The notes beneath the pieces are model-generated. The model saw only the letters and a program-made list of their open reading frames with translations. It was not told the origin of the DNA and did not search any database. A program made the translations under genes and the position numbers. From the NCBI GenBank assembly GCA_034658815.1, contig JAYEFY010000048.1:62020-126019 (forward strand): a stretch of 64,000 nucleotides of DNA. Direction: 5' to 3'. Source of the DNA: Patescibacteria group bacterium (GTDB taxonomy: Bacteria; Patescibacteriota; Minisyncoccia; Moranbacterales; DUUL01). Shown here piece by piece: positions 18,990 through 28,846 of this stretch; the stretch's first letter is position 1, and every line of letters begins with the position of its first letter.

Positions 18990-21246
18990 AATAAGAAATA
19001 AGAATAAAAATAAGAATTTGCGCCAGCCAGTACTTTTTTGCGCACTGGCCTGTTTTTGTTTTGGAGCCGCTTTTCTTGTTTTGAATGCAAATGCTGGTGA
19101 AATAAATGTTGGAAATGCTGTGAAGCATGTTGTAGCAGACGATAATATTTTGAATGACGGCAATGAGAAAGAAAATGAAAAGAATGAGAAGGGCAAAAAT
19201 AGTGAAGTTGAAAACACTCAAGGGATGAAAAAGGAAAAAGAAGATAATGAAGCTGAAGAAACTTCAGAAAAAAAAGGAGAAAAGAAAAATGAAATAAAAA
19301 TAGAAGAAAAAAACACAGGAGAAAAAAATCCGGAAACGGGCAAAAATAGTGAAGAAGTCAAAGATGGGCAGGGAGAGGCGAAAAATGTTGAAAAAGGAAC
19401 AGTTAGAGAAAAAAATAAAAGCACAGTAAAAAGGTTAAATGAAGGAAGTAGAAATGAGATTCCGGAAAAGGATGAAAAGGAGAAAGAAGGTGAAGGGAGA
19501 ATGATTGGATTGGTAATTAATGAAATTATGCTTGGCGATGGGAAAAGCTCAAAGAATGAATTTATTGAGCTTTACAATTTTTCAAACAAGAAAATTGATC
19601 TAGACGGCTTTTCATTGAAAAAAAGAACAAAAAGCGGCAGAGAAAGTAATTTGGTAAGTTCCGCAAAATTTTCGGGCAGTATTCAAGCAAGAGGATTTTT
19701 TGTGATTGCTCATCCAAATTATGCAGAAGCCATCAATGCGGATTTAAGATATTCAGGAGCCTCTTATTCAATTTCAAGGAATAATTCGATTTTTTTACGC
19801 AACTCGGACAAGGAAACCATTGATGTTTTGGGATGGGGAGAATGTTCGGGAGCCTGCGTCAAAGACGCTATTTGCAAAAGCAATCCCCCCAATGGACAAA
19901 GTTTAAGCAGAAAAGGATCAAACAAGCCTAAAAGTGAAAATGCCGAAGAGTTTGAAATTACCAGCATTGTAACGCCGGGAGAAAAGAACATTTTTTCAAG
20001 CAGAGTTAAATATCCTAAAGACATTTTCCTTAATGAGATTCTGCCTAATCCTGACGGCAGGGATAAAAATTCCGAGTGGGTTGAACTGCGAAACGAAAAT
20101 AAAAAAGAAATTTCACTAGACAGATGGAGCATTCAAAATCGCTCGGGGAAAAGATTCAAATTAGAAGATCTTACAATAAAACCCAAAGAACTGAGAGTCA
20201 TTTTTTTGAAAAACACCAGTTTTGTAATTCGTAATTCAAAAGAGAATTTACAGCTTATTGATCCGGCAGGAAATATTGTTGATGTTGTTGAGATCAAAGG
20301 ATCCGCGCCTTCCGGAATTTCTTATGGTTGGAGTACAGAAAGAGGATGGAGCTGGAACAGAAAAATTTCACCGGGCTCTTCCAATGTCATAAACAAACTG
20401 CCAAAAATCCACGTTAAAAAACAAAAAAAGATTTATAAAGATACTTATGCCGTGTTTGACGCGTCCAAAACAAAAGATGAAAATGGCGATAAGCTTAAAT
20501 TTCGCTGGGATTTTGGAGATGAGCATCGGAGTTATTTGAAAGAAACAAGACATAAATACGCCGAAACAGGAACATTCCACGTGTCCCTGGAAGTCAATGA
20601 CGGATATGAGATGGCGAGTAAGCATTTTAAAATTCGTGTAAGAAAATATCCCCGTTATAATTTACAAATAGTTCGGCTCATTCCAAATCCATCCGGATCT
20701 GATAGGGGCAATGAGTCAGTAATAATACGAAACAATACAAGAAAGAAAATAAATTTATGCGGATACTATGTTGCGACAGGAAGGAATAAAAGGATGAGCT
20801 TAAGGCATCCGATATATGATGATTTTATTATTGGTTCACGCAAAGAGAAGTCATTAAAGAATAGCGATATTTGTAAATTTTCACTCTATAATACAAAAGG
20901 AGCTGTTGTGCTTCTTGCTCCCGACGGAAGCAGAATAGATTCGGTGAAATATCAAAAAGATAAAATAGGCGACGATGACATTTATTTTAAAAATGATGAT
21001 AATACATGGGAATGGATTGAAGCAAAAGACGGTTCCTCAAAGGCAAACGCGGTTGCTGTTATTGATAAAAAGACCGAAGAAATTCAACAACAATTCCAAT
21101 GGTACAGGGTAACTAGGAATGAAAAACTGACAATATGTGAAACGGGCAGAAAACAGAAAATTGCAAATTGGATAAATAAAAGGAAAACGTGGCTTCAATA
21201 TTTAGAAAAAATTCTCAAAACACAGATTTTTGTTTTTGACGTGTAA
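18976..21246 (+). CDS. Secreted lamin-tail-domain (x3) + PKD domain protein; start codon uncertain
   Basis: Signal peptide and K/E-rich linker; INEIM...EFIELYN; LNEILPNPDG.D..EWVEL; PKD FRWDFGD...HKY..TGTFHVSL; third LTD LIPNPSGSD. Confidence 0.8.
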   Translation: MGAVPIRNKNKNKNLRQPVLFCALACFCFGAAFLVLNANAGEINVGNAVKHVVADDNILNDGNEKENEKNEKGKNSEVENTQGMKKEKEDNEAEETSEKKGEKKNEIKIEEKNTGEKNPETGKNSEEVKDGQGEAKNVEKGTVREKNKSTVKRLNEGSRNEIPEKDEKEKEGEGRMIGLVINEIMLGDGKSSKNEFIELYNFSNKKIDLDGFSLKKRTKSGRESNLVSSAKFSGSIQARGFFVIAHPNYAEAINADLRYSGASYSISRNNSIFLRNSDKETIDVLGWGECSGACVKDAICKSNPPNGQSLSRKGSNKPKSENAEEFEITSIVTPGEKNIFSSRVKYPKDIFLNEILPNPDGRDKNSEWVELRNENKKEISLDRWSIQNRSGKRFKLEDLTIKPKELRVIFLKNTSFVIRNSKENLQLIDPAGNIVDVVEIKGSAPSGISYGWSTERGWSWNRKISPGSSNVINKLPKIHVKKQKKIYKDTYAVFDASKTKDENGDKLKFRWDFGDEHRSYLKETRHKYAETGTFHVSLEVNDGYEMASKHFKIRVRKYPRYNLQIVRLIPNPSGSDRGNESVIIRNNTRKKINLCGYYVATGRNKRMSLRHPIYDDFIIGSRKEKSLKNSDICKFSLYNTKGAVVLLAPDGSRIDSVKYQKDKIGDDDIYFKNDDNTWEWIEAKDGSSKANAVAVIDKKTEEIQQQFQWYRVTRNEKLTICETGRKQKIANWINKRKTWLQYLEKILKTQIFVFDV

Positions 21247-21330
21247 TTGTGATAAGGTATAATTGTGAGGAATGAAGCTTTTCAATAAAACGCAAAACAC
21301 AAAACAATAACTAATAATAAAAAAACAAAA

Positions 21331-21834
21331 ATGAAAAAAATTCTACTAGCCCTCGTAATAGTGGCGGTTTTTGTTATTATTGTGCTTGGGTTCACAATTA
21401 TGAAAACAAAACAACAAAATCTGCTTAACCAACGATCTTCCAAGCAACAAGAACAGAACAATCAAAGTGAACGTCAAAACAAAAATGATGCCACGAGTGA
21501 GTTTATTAATGGAGTAACGGAATCAAAAGAATTCATTGGAGTAATTGATACAGTTTATGTTCCCAAAGGAAAAGATGTCTGTTTTTTCAAAATTGAAGCT
21601 GATATTATTAATGTTGATGGGCTCAAAGATGTTGATTTTGCACGAAAATCAATGGAATTGCCAATGATAAAGCAGGTATATCGTGTTGCTGTTGATGATA
21701 ACACGAAACTCAAGAATGTTGATAAAAAAGAAGATATTGAATCCGGTAATATGGTAAGAGTGGTGTCCGGCTCAAGTATTTATGACATAAAAAAGTTTAC
21801 TGCTTTAGAAGTCGAAGTTATTGCAGTGCGTTAA
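21331..21834 (+). CDS. Membrane-anchored hypothetical protein (possible OB-like beta domain)
   Basis: N-terminal TM and Q/N-rich linker; upstream TTGACG-16-TATAAT promoter at 21236-21263. Confidence 0.75.
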   Translation: MKKILLALVIVAVFVIIVLGFTIMKTKQQNLLNQRSSKQQEQNNQSERQNKNDATSEFINGVTESKEFIGVIDTVYVPKGKDVCFFKIEADIINVDGLKDVDFARKSMELPMIKQVYRVAVDDNTKLKNVDKKEDIESGNMVRVVSGSSIYDIKKFTALEVEVIAVR

Positions 21835-21880
21835 ATAATGCGCAAAAACACAATTCTTTATAACTATAAATACGAGATCA

Positions 21881-24800
21881 ATGATTAGATATTCCACTTT
21901 CCATAAATTTACAGGAATCGTAGCTGCGATTTTTGTGCTCGCGGTTATTGGTGTCGCAAAACATACACAGGCGGCAGTTCCTATTATCTCATTCTCTGCT
22001 GATTTGACTGTGATTCCGGTTAATACTTCAACGAATCTTAATTGGGACGTATCAGATGCGGTTTCCTGCACGGCATCCGGATCATGGGGCGGCAATCAGC
22101 CATTGTCAGGTACATATGATACGGGGAATTTGCTAAGCGACGCAACATATGTTTTAACATGCGTGGGCGATTTTGGAGAAACAAATTCAAGCCAAGTAAC
22201 AATTACTGTCGCTGATCCGCCGGAACTGACATTTTTTGCCGACAACACGACTATTCCATATAATACTTCAACTGACTTAAACTGGTCGTCGACTAATGCT
22301 GATTCATGCATTGCTTCCGGAGCATGGTCTGGCGATGTCGGAGTATTCGGAACATATAACACCGGAAATCTTATTTCCTCAAAAACATATACGCTTCAGT
22401 GCGCTGGTCCCGGAGGGACAGCCATGAAATCAGTACAAATTACGATCGAATCGCCGACATTACCGCCGGAACTTGATTTTAGCGCTGACAATTATTTTAT
22501 TGAATATAACGAATCGGTAACTTTACAATGGAGTTCAACGAATACTGATGCTTGTGTTGCTTCAGGGTCATGGTCAGGGGCAAAACCTCTTTCCGGAACG
22601 CAGGGCTCGGGTAATCTTCAGAGTGATAAGAATTATGTATTAACGTGTACCGGGGAAGGAGGGAGTATCACGCGATTTGTGGCAATTGTTGTCGCGCCGC
22701 AAGTTACTGATCCTCCCGAACTTACGTTTACGGCTGACGATCAAGATATAGACTATGGTACGTCAACAACCTTAAATTGGACTTCAATTAATGCGCATAC
22801 CTGCACGGCGTCCGGATCATGGAGCGGCAACCGGCCGTTATCGGGTACATATGATACCGGAGCATTATACGCAACAAAGGCATATACTTTAACTTGCGTA
22901 GGTGATGGTGGAAGCGTTTCGCAAAAGATCACAATTAATGTCGGCGAAAACCCATTTCCTTCGCCGACATTGAGTTTTACTGCCGATAATAATGCGATCC
23001 CATACGATTCTTCAACGAATTTAAATTGGAGTGTGGCAAACGCGACATCTTGCACGGCGTCAAAAGCATGGTCAGGGGCAAAATCGCTTACAGGCAGTGA
23101 AAATACGGGGAATTTAACAAGCGATAAAATATATCGATTAACCTGTACGGGACCGGGCGGCTCAGCAACAAAAGACGTGGCAGTCATAGTCGGTGATCCC
23201 ACTGTTCCGCCGAGTGTTTCCTTTTGGGCTGATGATTATAGCGTGAATTATAATTCCGGGACAGTTGTTAGATGGACGTCTGATGACGCGAATTGGTGCC
23301 AACTTTCATATGGCGCTTCAACGGAAAATGTTGCGCTTGATGGCAGTTACGCGACGGGAAATCTATTTGACAACACAATCTATTCTCTATCATGCGGGAA
23401 CGCGTCCGGAACAACCACAAGAACGCTAACGATTACAGTGAATATGGTTGGACCCGCGCCGACGATTAATTTGTGGGCTGACGAGAATCCGATTGATTAC
23501 GGTTCTTCGACTACTGTTCGCTGGACAACTGCGAATGCCGATGAATGCCAGATGTCCGGTGTCGGCGATGTCTCTGTAAACGGATCAATCGGAACAGGAA
23601 CATTGTATAGTCCGAAAACGTACACATTGTACTGTGTCGGACCCGGAGGGGAAGATGAGGACAGTTTAACGATCAATATTCGTGAAGATACAATTCCTTC
23701 TGATCCGCCTGATCTGTTGTTTTGGGCTGACAGCTATTTGCTTCTGGAAGGAGAAAATACTGACTTGCATTGGATTGCGTCAAATGCTGATTGGTGCCAG
23801 GCTTCATTGGGATGGTCGGGAAGCAAACCAACCAGCGGTGATCAGAATACCGGATCGTTGTATACCACTACCAGTTACAAATTGAAATGTGGAAACATTC
23901 GGGGAAGCGTATCAAAAACGCTTACGATTGAAATTGGAAACTTGCCTGACGTACAGTTGGATTTTTGGGCCGATGAATACAGTGTTCCGAATAATGGCAA
24001 CACAACTTTGCGTTGGAATTCAGCAAACGCGAACTATTGCCGGACTCTTGGAGGTGAATGGGGTTGGAATAACCCCAAGCCGCTTAATGGAACGGAAAAT
24101 ACCGGACCACTTTCGAATTACGCGAATTTATATGTTTTGCAATGCGTAAACTGGCTTTCATCGGAAACGAAGTCCGTAACAATATTTGCGGGTGATCCTC
24201 CTCCAAGCGTGTCATTCTACGCGGCCAGTTATACTATTGGTTATAATACGCCGGCAACACTCTTTTGGAATGCGTTTAATTCCACATATTGTGAAGCCTG
24301 GTCGAATAATCCGGAGGAACTAACCTGGAACGAAAATAACATGGTAGTTTCCGGATCGCAGCAGACAACAAATCTTAGGAGTAATACCAGGTTCTATATT
24401 CGCTGTTATGGTCCCGGCGGGACCATAACGAAAAGATTAACAGTAAGGGTAGCGTCTCCGAACGCTCAAGTTCCGACAATAAGCTTTTGGGCGGATGACT
24501 ATATTGTACCCGAAAACGGATCTACCGTTGTGCATTGGACAAGCCAGAACGCGGATGGATGCAAGGCCATTTCAACTCCTGATGTCGTTGGGTGGAGCGG
24601 AAATAAAACGACAAGCGGAAACAATAACGTAGGGCCATTTATTCAAAATTCGGAACTGCAGCTTATTTGCTGGAACGGGTCAGCGTCCAGTTCAGCGATA
24701 CTTAATATTCAGGTCGGGGAAGGTACGATTGCGAGACCAAGCTTAAGTTTCTGGGCGGATGCTTATTCTTTGGCAGCCGGAGATTCCACGTGGCTTCGCT

Positions 24801-25675
24801 GGAGTGTACTTAACGCTAATGGCGGCACTTGCGTAGCTTCAGGAGACTGGAGCGGCAATAAAAGTACGGGAACAGGCAGTGAAAACACCGGTCCGATAGC
24901 GGTGCCTAAACATTATATTCTCACATGCAGTAATGAAGCAGGAGAAGTCTCGAGCTTTGTTGATATAAACGTAGGAGGACCGGCTGCTCCGCCTACACTG
25001 ACATTTCTTGCTGATGACTATGATATCGAAGACGGACAGGAAGTAATGCTGACATGGACAAGTACCAATGCGGCAAATTGTTTTGCAACCAATGATCCAT
25101 CCGGGCAATGGAGCGGAAGTGTGATGTTAAACGGCAATAAAAATGTTACGCCGCATTTTACGACAACATACGCATTAACGTGTATAGGGGACGGAGGCAG
25201 TATTACGGTAAATGTGCGGGTTTCAGTAGCCAAAGTTATTGTTTGCCCTTCAGATGTACAACTCAAAAAAGGCAGAATCAGGCAGCTTGAGGCGTGGTAC
25301 AAAGAAGATGCTGATATTAATTTCTCATGCGAGAATCTTGCCGGGGCAATGAATGTAACAAGTAAAACCGTTCCGTTTCCAACCAGCTGGTCTACTTCTG
25401 ACAGCAGTCTTGTTTCTCTGCAGGGAACGCCGGGTTTGATCAAAGCAGAGGATTATACTATGGGAACGGTAAATGTGTGTGCGGAATATAAAGAAATTAA
25501 GGGGTGCGCCGGAGTGCAAGTTGTCTTAACATGCTGGCAATGCGAAACTGACGGATCATGCTCTCCCGTTCCCGTTCCGCATGACACATGTCCGGAACCG
25601 TATTTTTCAGATAAAGCGTCATGCCTGCGTGTTTGCGGGTTAAAGTGGGGAAGTTGGAGAGAAGTTACTCCGTAA
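21881..25675 (+). CDS. Large secreted surface protein with 13 tandem Cys-paired Ig-like repeats
   Basis: Signal peptide; 13 repeats of ~83 aa (P.L.F.AD...L.W....A..C.ASG.WSG....SG...TG.L....Y.L.C.G.GG); Cys-rich tail ending WREVTP. Confidence 0.88.
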   Translation: MIRYSTFHKFTGIVAAIFVLAVIGVAKHTQAAVPIISFSADLTVIPVNTSTNLNWDVSDAVSCTASGSWGGNQPLSGTYDTGNLLSDATYVLTCVGDFGETNSSQVTITVADPPELTFFADNTTIPYNTSTDLNWSSTNADSCIASGAWSGDVGVFGTYNTGNLISSKTYTLQCAGPGGTAMKSVQITIESPTLPPELDFSADNYFIEYNESVTLQWSSTNTDACVASGSWSGAKPLSGTQGSGNLQSDKNYVLTCTGEGGSITRFVAIVVAPQVTDPPELTFTADDQDIDYGTSTTLNWTSINAHTCTASGSWSGNRPLSGTYDTGALYATKAYTLTCVGDGGSVSQKITINVGENPFPSPTLSFTADNNAIPYDSSTNLNWSVANATSCTASKAWSGAKSLTGSENTGNLTSDKIYRLTCTGPGGSATKDVAVIVGDPTVPPSVSFWADDYSVNYNSGTVVRWTSDDANWCQLSYGASTENVALDGSYATGNLFDNTIYSLSCGNASGTTTRTLTITVNMVGPAPTINLWADENPIDYGSSTTVRWTTANADECQMSGVGDVSVNGSIGTGTLYSPKTYTLYCVGPGGEDEDSLTINIREDTIPSDPPDLLFWADSYLLLEGENTDLHWIASNADWCQASLGWSGSKPTSGDQNTGSLYTTTSYKLKCGNIRGSVSKTLTIEIGNLPDVQLDFWADEYSVPNNGNTTLRWNSANANYCRTLGGEWGWNNPKPLNGTENTGPLSNYANLYVLQCVNWLSSETKSVTIFAGDPPPSVSFYAASYTIGYNTPATLFWNAFNSTYCEAWSNNPEELTWNENNMVVSGSQQTTNLRSNTRFYIRCYGPGGTITKRLTVRVASPNAQVPTISFWADDYIVPENGSTVVHWTSQNADGCKAISTPDVVGWSGNKTTSGNNNVGPFIQNSELQLICWNGSASSSAILNIQVGEGTIARPSLSFWADAYSLAAGDSTWLRWSVLNANGGTCVASGDWSGNKSTGTGSENTGPIAVPKHYILTCSNEAGEVSSFVDINVGGPAAPPTLTFLADDYDIEDGQEVMLTWTSTNAANCFATNDPSGQWSGSVMLNGNKNVTPHFTTTYALTCIGDGGSITVNVRVSVAKVIVCPSDVQLKKGRIRQLEAWYKEDADINFSCENLAGAMNVTSKTVPFPTSWSTSDSSLVSLQGTPGLIKAEDYTMGTVNVCAEYKEIKGCAGVQVVLTCWQCETDGSCSPVPVPHDTCPEPYFSDKASCLRVCGLKWGSWREVTP

Positions 25676-25711
25676 CAGTCTTGTAAAAACTTTTAGGAAC
25701 AGCCTCCATAA

Positions 25712-25747
25712 AACATAAAACCGGATTTTAATGTCCGGTTTTATGTT
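25712..25747. terminator. Bidirectional terminator between convergent genes
   Basis: 14-bp stem aacataaaaccgga/tccggttttatgtt. Confidence 0.7.
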
Positions 25748-25751
25748 ATTA

Positions 25752-25907
25752 CCTTGAATTACGAAATGGCTTTTACTGCGGTTTCCGCACGAGCGCGATT
25801 TCATCTTTCAAGCTCAATTTTGGTAGCCCTGCTGCGAAAAATCTCGCTTTCAAGCGAACTCGCGCTCGTGCAAAACCCTTGCTACAAACCCATTTCGTAA
25901 TTCAAGG
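25752..25907. mobile_element. 156-bp MITE-like hairpin element
   Basis: Perfect 18-bp TIR ccttgaattacgaaatgg; inner 12-bp IR gcacgagcgcga; flanking direct repeat TTATTA. Confidence 0.75.
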
Positions 25908-25926
25908 TTATTAGAAATGGATAGAT

Positions 25927-26490
25927 CTAATCGTTCACTCTTTCGGCATATTGGCCTGTCTGTGTATTAATGCGGATTTTATCGCCGGTTTTTACAAATA
26001 GGGGAACATTTATTTTTGCTCCGGTTTCTATGGTAACTTGCTTCGAGCCGCCATCAGTTGTATTGCCTCGAATTGACGGTGGCGCCTCGGTAACTTCAAA
26101 TTCCATTTTTATCGGAAGTTCAATGTTAATTGGGCATTCATCAAAATACAAAATGTCGATCTTTGTTTCTTCTGTCAAGAATTTGGCATTTTCTCCAATT
26201 ACAACCGCGTCAATATCAAACTGTTCGTATGATACGCTGTCCATAAAAAAATATCTGTCATTGTTGCTATAAAGGAATTGGGCTTTTTTGGTTTCGATCA
26301 CAGCCAGTTCGATTTTATCAGCGCCTTGAAAAGTTTTGCTAACACAGGATCCTGTCTTGATGTTTTTCAGTTTTGTCCGCAAAACGGCTCCCGCACGTCC
26401 GGTTTTTGAATGTTGTGAAAATAATACGGCAAAAGGTTCGTCATTCACAATGATCTTTGTTCCGACTTTTATTTTAGTAAGAGAGAGCAT
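25927..26490 (-). CDS. efp: Elongation factor P
   Basis: HSKTGRAGA (Arg-type loop), KTFQG, ETGAKINVPLFV, TGQYAER. Confidence 0.95.
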   Translation of the reverse strand: MLSLTKIKVGTKIIVNDEPFAVLFSQHSKTGRAGAVLRTKLKNIKTGSCVSKTFQGADKIELAVIETKKAQFLYSNNDRYFFMDSVSYEQFDIDAVVIGENAKFLTEETKIDILYFDECPINIELPIKMEFEVTEAPPSIRGNTTDGGSKQVTIETGAKINVPLFVKTGDKIRINTQTGQYAERVND

Positions 26491-26636
26491 AAATAATTGG
26501 CTGAATTATGGAAAGCAAAAAACGCCTCTTTGTGCCTGCACAACTTTAAAGCGTGAAAAGGCTGTCTTCAAATTAACTTCTGCTCAAAATCGTTAATTTT
26601 AATTCACAGAGCCCATTTGAAAATAGTCCCATAAAT

Positions 26637-26849
26637 TTAACGGGCAACAAACGGTAAAAGACCGATAATACGCGAACGTTTAATGGCTTTTGAGAGAACC
26701 CGTTGATGTTTTTTACATGTACCTGTCCTCCGAGTCGGAATAATTTTTCCAACAGTATTGATAAACCGCCGCAATAAAATCACGTCCTTATAATCTATTT
26801 GCTTGATATCATTCGCGCAAAAATAACAGTTCTTTGAATCGTTTGTCAT
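26637..26849 (-). CDS. rpsR: 30S ribosomal protein S18
   Basis: [28 protein letters not shown]. Confidence 0.96.
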   Translation of the reverse strand: MTNDSKNCYFCANDIKQIDYKDVILLRRFINTVGKIIPTRRTGTCKKHQRVLSKAIKRSRIIGLLPFVAR

Positions 26850-26869
26850 GATATGTCGATATATAATCG

Positions 26870-27349
26870 TTAAAATGGGATATCTTCGACTTTGATCTCC
26901 TCCTTGTCTTCATCAATATCAATGGTCGGAATTTGTTCAGGTGACGGAATCGATATTTTGTCTTCGGGTTGCACAGCATCAGGATTTGGTGCTGCGGCAC
27001 TTGCGCCTTCATACTCTCCTTTTCTGGAAAGCATAATCGCACTTTCAGCGACAATTTCGGAAGTATATCGCTTTTGCCCCTGCCGATCTTCCCATGTTCG
27101 ATGGTTGAGCCGTCCCTCAATATAAACTTTCATGCCTTTTTTCATGTACTGTGAACATATTTCCGCGAGCTTGCCCCAAGCAACGATGTTGTGATATTGG
27201 GCATCCTCATTAAATTCACCGGTGGCTTGATTTTTCCAGCGGCGGTTTGTCGCGATGCGAAAACTTGTTACATTTTGGCCGTTTTGCGTTGTACGCATTT
27301 CCGGATCGTTGACGATATTGCCAATAAACATTACCTTGTTCAAATCCAT
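26870..27349 (-). CDS. ssb: Single-stranded DNA-binding protein
   Basis: [16 protein letters not shown]-terminal EDIPF. Confidence 0.96.
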   Translation of the reverse strand: MDLNKVMFIGNIVNDPEMRTTQNGQNVTSFRIATNRRWKNQATGEFNEDAQYHNIVAWGKLAEICSQYMKKGMKVYIEGRLNHRTWEDRQGQKRYTSEIVAESAIMLSRKGEYEGASAAAPNPDAVQPEDKISIPSPEQIPTIDIDEDKEEIKVEDIPF

Positions 27350-27380
27350 CGTTTTGTATTAGTGATTAAATTAAATTGTT

Positions 27381-28082
27381 CTAAATGTTTAGGATCTCAT
27401 CAAGTTTTTTATCAAGATCATTGAGCATGTTCTCCCCTTCTTTTTTCGTTGTTGTAGATCTTTTCATCTTCTCTTTCTTTATTTGTTTTTCCTGTGTTGA
27501 TTCTTCGGTTTTCGGTTCAATTTCCTTCTCTACTGCCTCTTTTTTATCTATGTCTTCCTTCTCCATTTCTTTTACTTTTCTTTCTTTCTTTACTTTTATC
27601 TCATCTTCTTTTATCTCTTCATTGTCTTCCACTGCTGTTTTTTCAACTTTTTTCTCCTGGTCTATCTTTTTCTCGGCCAATAATTTTTCTACATCTTCTT
27701 GCTTAAGGATCTTCTTTTTCTCAACTGATTTTTCTTGTATCTGCTCAACTTTTTTCTTTAACAGAGGAAGTTCATCAGCACGGACAATGATATAACGAGC
27801 AATATTTTGATAAAGATTGAGATCTCTTTTAAGTGTTTCTATAACTGACGTATCATGGAGTGTAAAACGAAAAACAGTATAAAAACCGTATAGTTCATGG
27901 TCGATCTTGTATGCCAGTTTTCGTTTGCGATATTCAAGAGTGTCAGTGATCGTGCCTTTATGGGACTCGATCGTCTTCTTCATCTGTTCCTTGATTTTTT
28001 CCAATAATTCAGCCCGTGACTGGAGAACAAGAAAATTAATTTCATATTCCTTGTGATTCTTATGTTCCATATTTTTTGCCAT
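27381..28082 (-). CDS. rpsF: 30S ribosomal protein S6 with K/E-rich C-terminal extension
   Basis: YEINF, RKLAYKI, GFY; rpsF-ssb-rpsR order; tail LDKKLDEIL. Confidence 0.92.
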   Translation of the reverse strand: MAKNMEHKNHKEYEINFLVLQSRAELLEKIKEQMKKTIESHKGTITDTLEYRKRKLAYKIDHELYGFYTVFRFTLHDTSVIETLKRDLNLYQNIARYIIVRADELPLLKKKVEQIQEKSVEKKKILKQEDVEKLLAEKKIDQEKKVEKTAVEDNEEIKEDEIKVKKERKVKEMEKEDIDKKEAVEKEIEPKTEESTQEKQIKKEKMKRSTTTKKEGENMLNDLDKKLDEILNI

Positions 28083-28214
28083 TCGAATAAATTAGCGCAA
28101 GTTACTGCTTATAGCTTATATTACATGTTAGATAAACAAAATCCACCCGAAAGTGGTAGGCGGTTTTTCTAATCCGACAAGACGGCGGAAAAACCAGGGT
28201 CATTTAATAACTGC

Positions 28215-28243
28215 AAAGTATCATTTATTCGTGGAAAAGTCAA
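28215..28243 (-). promoter_or_regulatory. Sigma70 promoter for rpsF-ssb-rpsR
   Basis: Minus strand TTGACT-17 bp-TACTTT, with an extended TG. Confidence 0.55.
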
Positions 28244-28525
28244 ATGAGTGTCCAAGATGTACTCATCTAGTACAGTTCTAGAAAAATATGTAAAAAACAA
28301 GAAATCAAATGACTATATTTTTGAAAGCACGCGAGGAAGCAAATTAACCGAAAGATCTGTTCAAAAAATATTTAGACAGGCGCTAAAAAAGTCTAAAATA
28401 AAGAGACAAGCAAGTTGTCATAGTCTAAGGCATAGTTTTGCTACGCATTTACTTGAAAACGGAGTTGATATAATATATATACAAGAACTATTGGGACATA
28501 AAAGATTGGAAACAACACGAATTTA

Positions 28526-28846
28526 CCAAGCACTTTTAAATAAAAGATAAAATATTATTTATTTATGCTTTTATGTGTTATGTTTATTTATTAAAAAGCA
28601 AAAAGATTGATCATTGGCATTATGTGGGTTCAACAAATAATTTAAAAAAGAGATATAAAGAGCATCAGAAAGGAAAAGTATTCTCTACAAAAAATTATGA
28701 ACCATTTATTTTAATTTATTATGAAGCATTTTTATCAGAGAAAGACGCGAGAGAAAGAGAGAAACAATTAAAATACAAAGGAAATTCTTTAAAGTTTTTG
28801 AAAAAGAGACTTGAGTATAGTTTAATTGAGAATTAAAAGTGCTTGG
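28526..28846 (+). mobile_element. 321-bp TIR-bounded element carrying only a GIY-YIG nuclease
   Basis: TIR ccaagcacttttaa (28526-28539) / ttaaaagtgcttgg (28833-28846); TTTA duplicated at 28522-28525 and 28847-28850. Confidence 0.85.
28573..28836 (+). CDS. GIY-YIG nuclease (small, UPF0213-like)
   Basis: YVYLL...HYVGSTNNLKKR..EH, LIYYEAF, A..REKQLK. Confidence 0.92.
   Translation: MCYVYLLKSKKIDHWHYVGSTNNLKKRYKEHQKGKVFSTKNYEPFILIYYEAFLSEKDAREREKQLKYKGNSLKFLKKRLEYSLIEN

Noticed and set aside
21881-25675. Periodic DNA repeats as a CRISPR array or DGR template
   Set aside because: Degenerate in-frame protein repeats; no identical repeats with unique spacers, no adenine-specific variant pair, and no cas or RT gene.
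28526-28846. Group I intron with a homing endonuclease
   Set aside because: Under 50 non-coding, AT-rich bases precede the ORF, leaving no room for a ribozyme core; the TIRs and target duplication indicate a DNA-level insertion.
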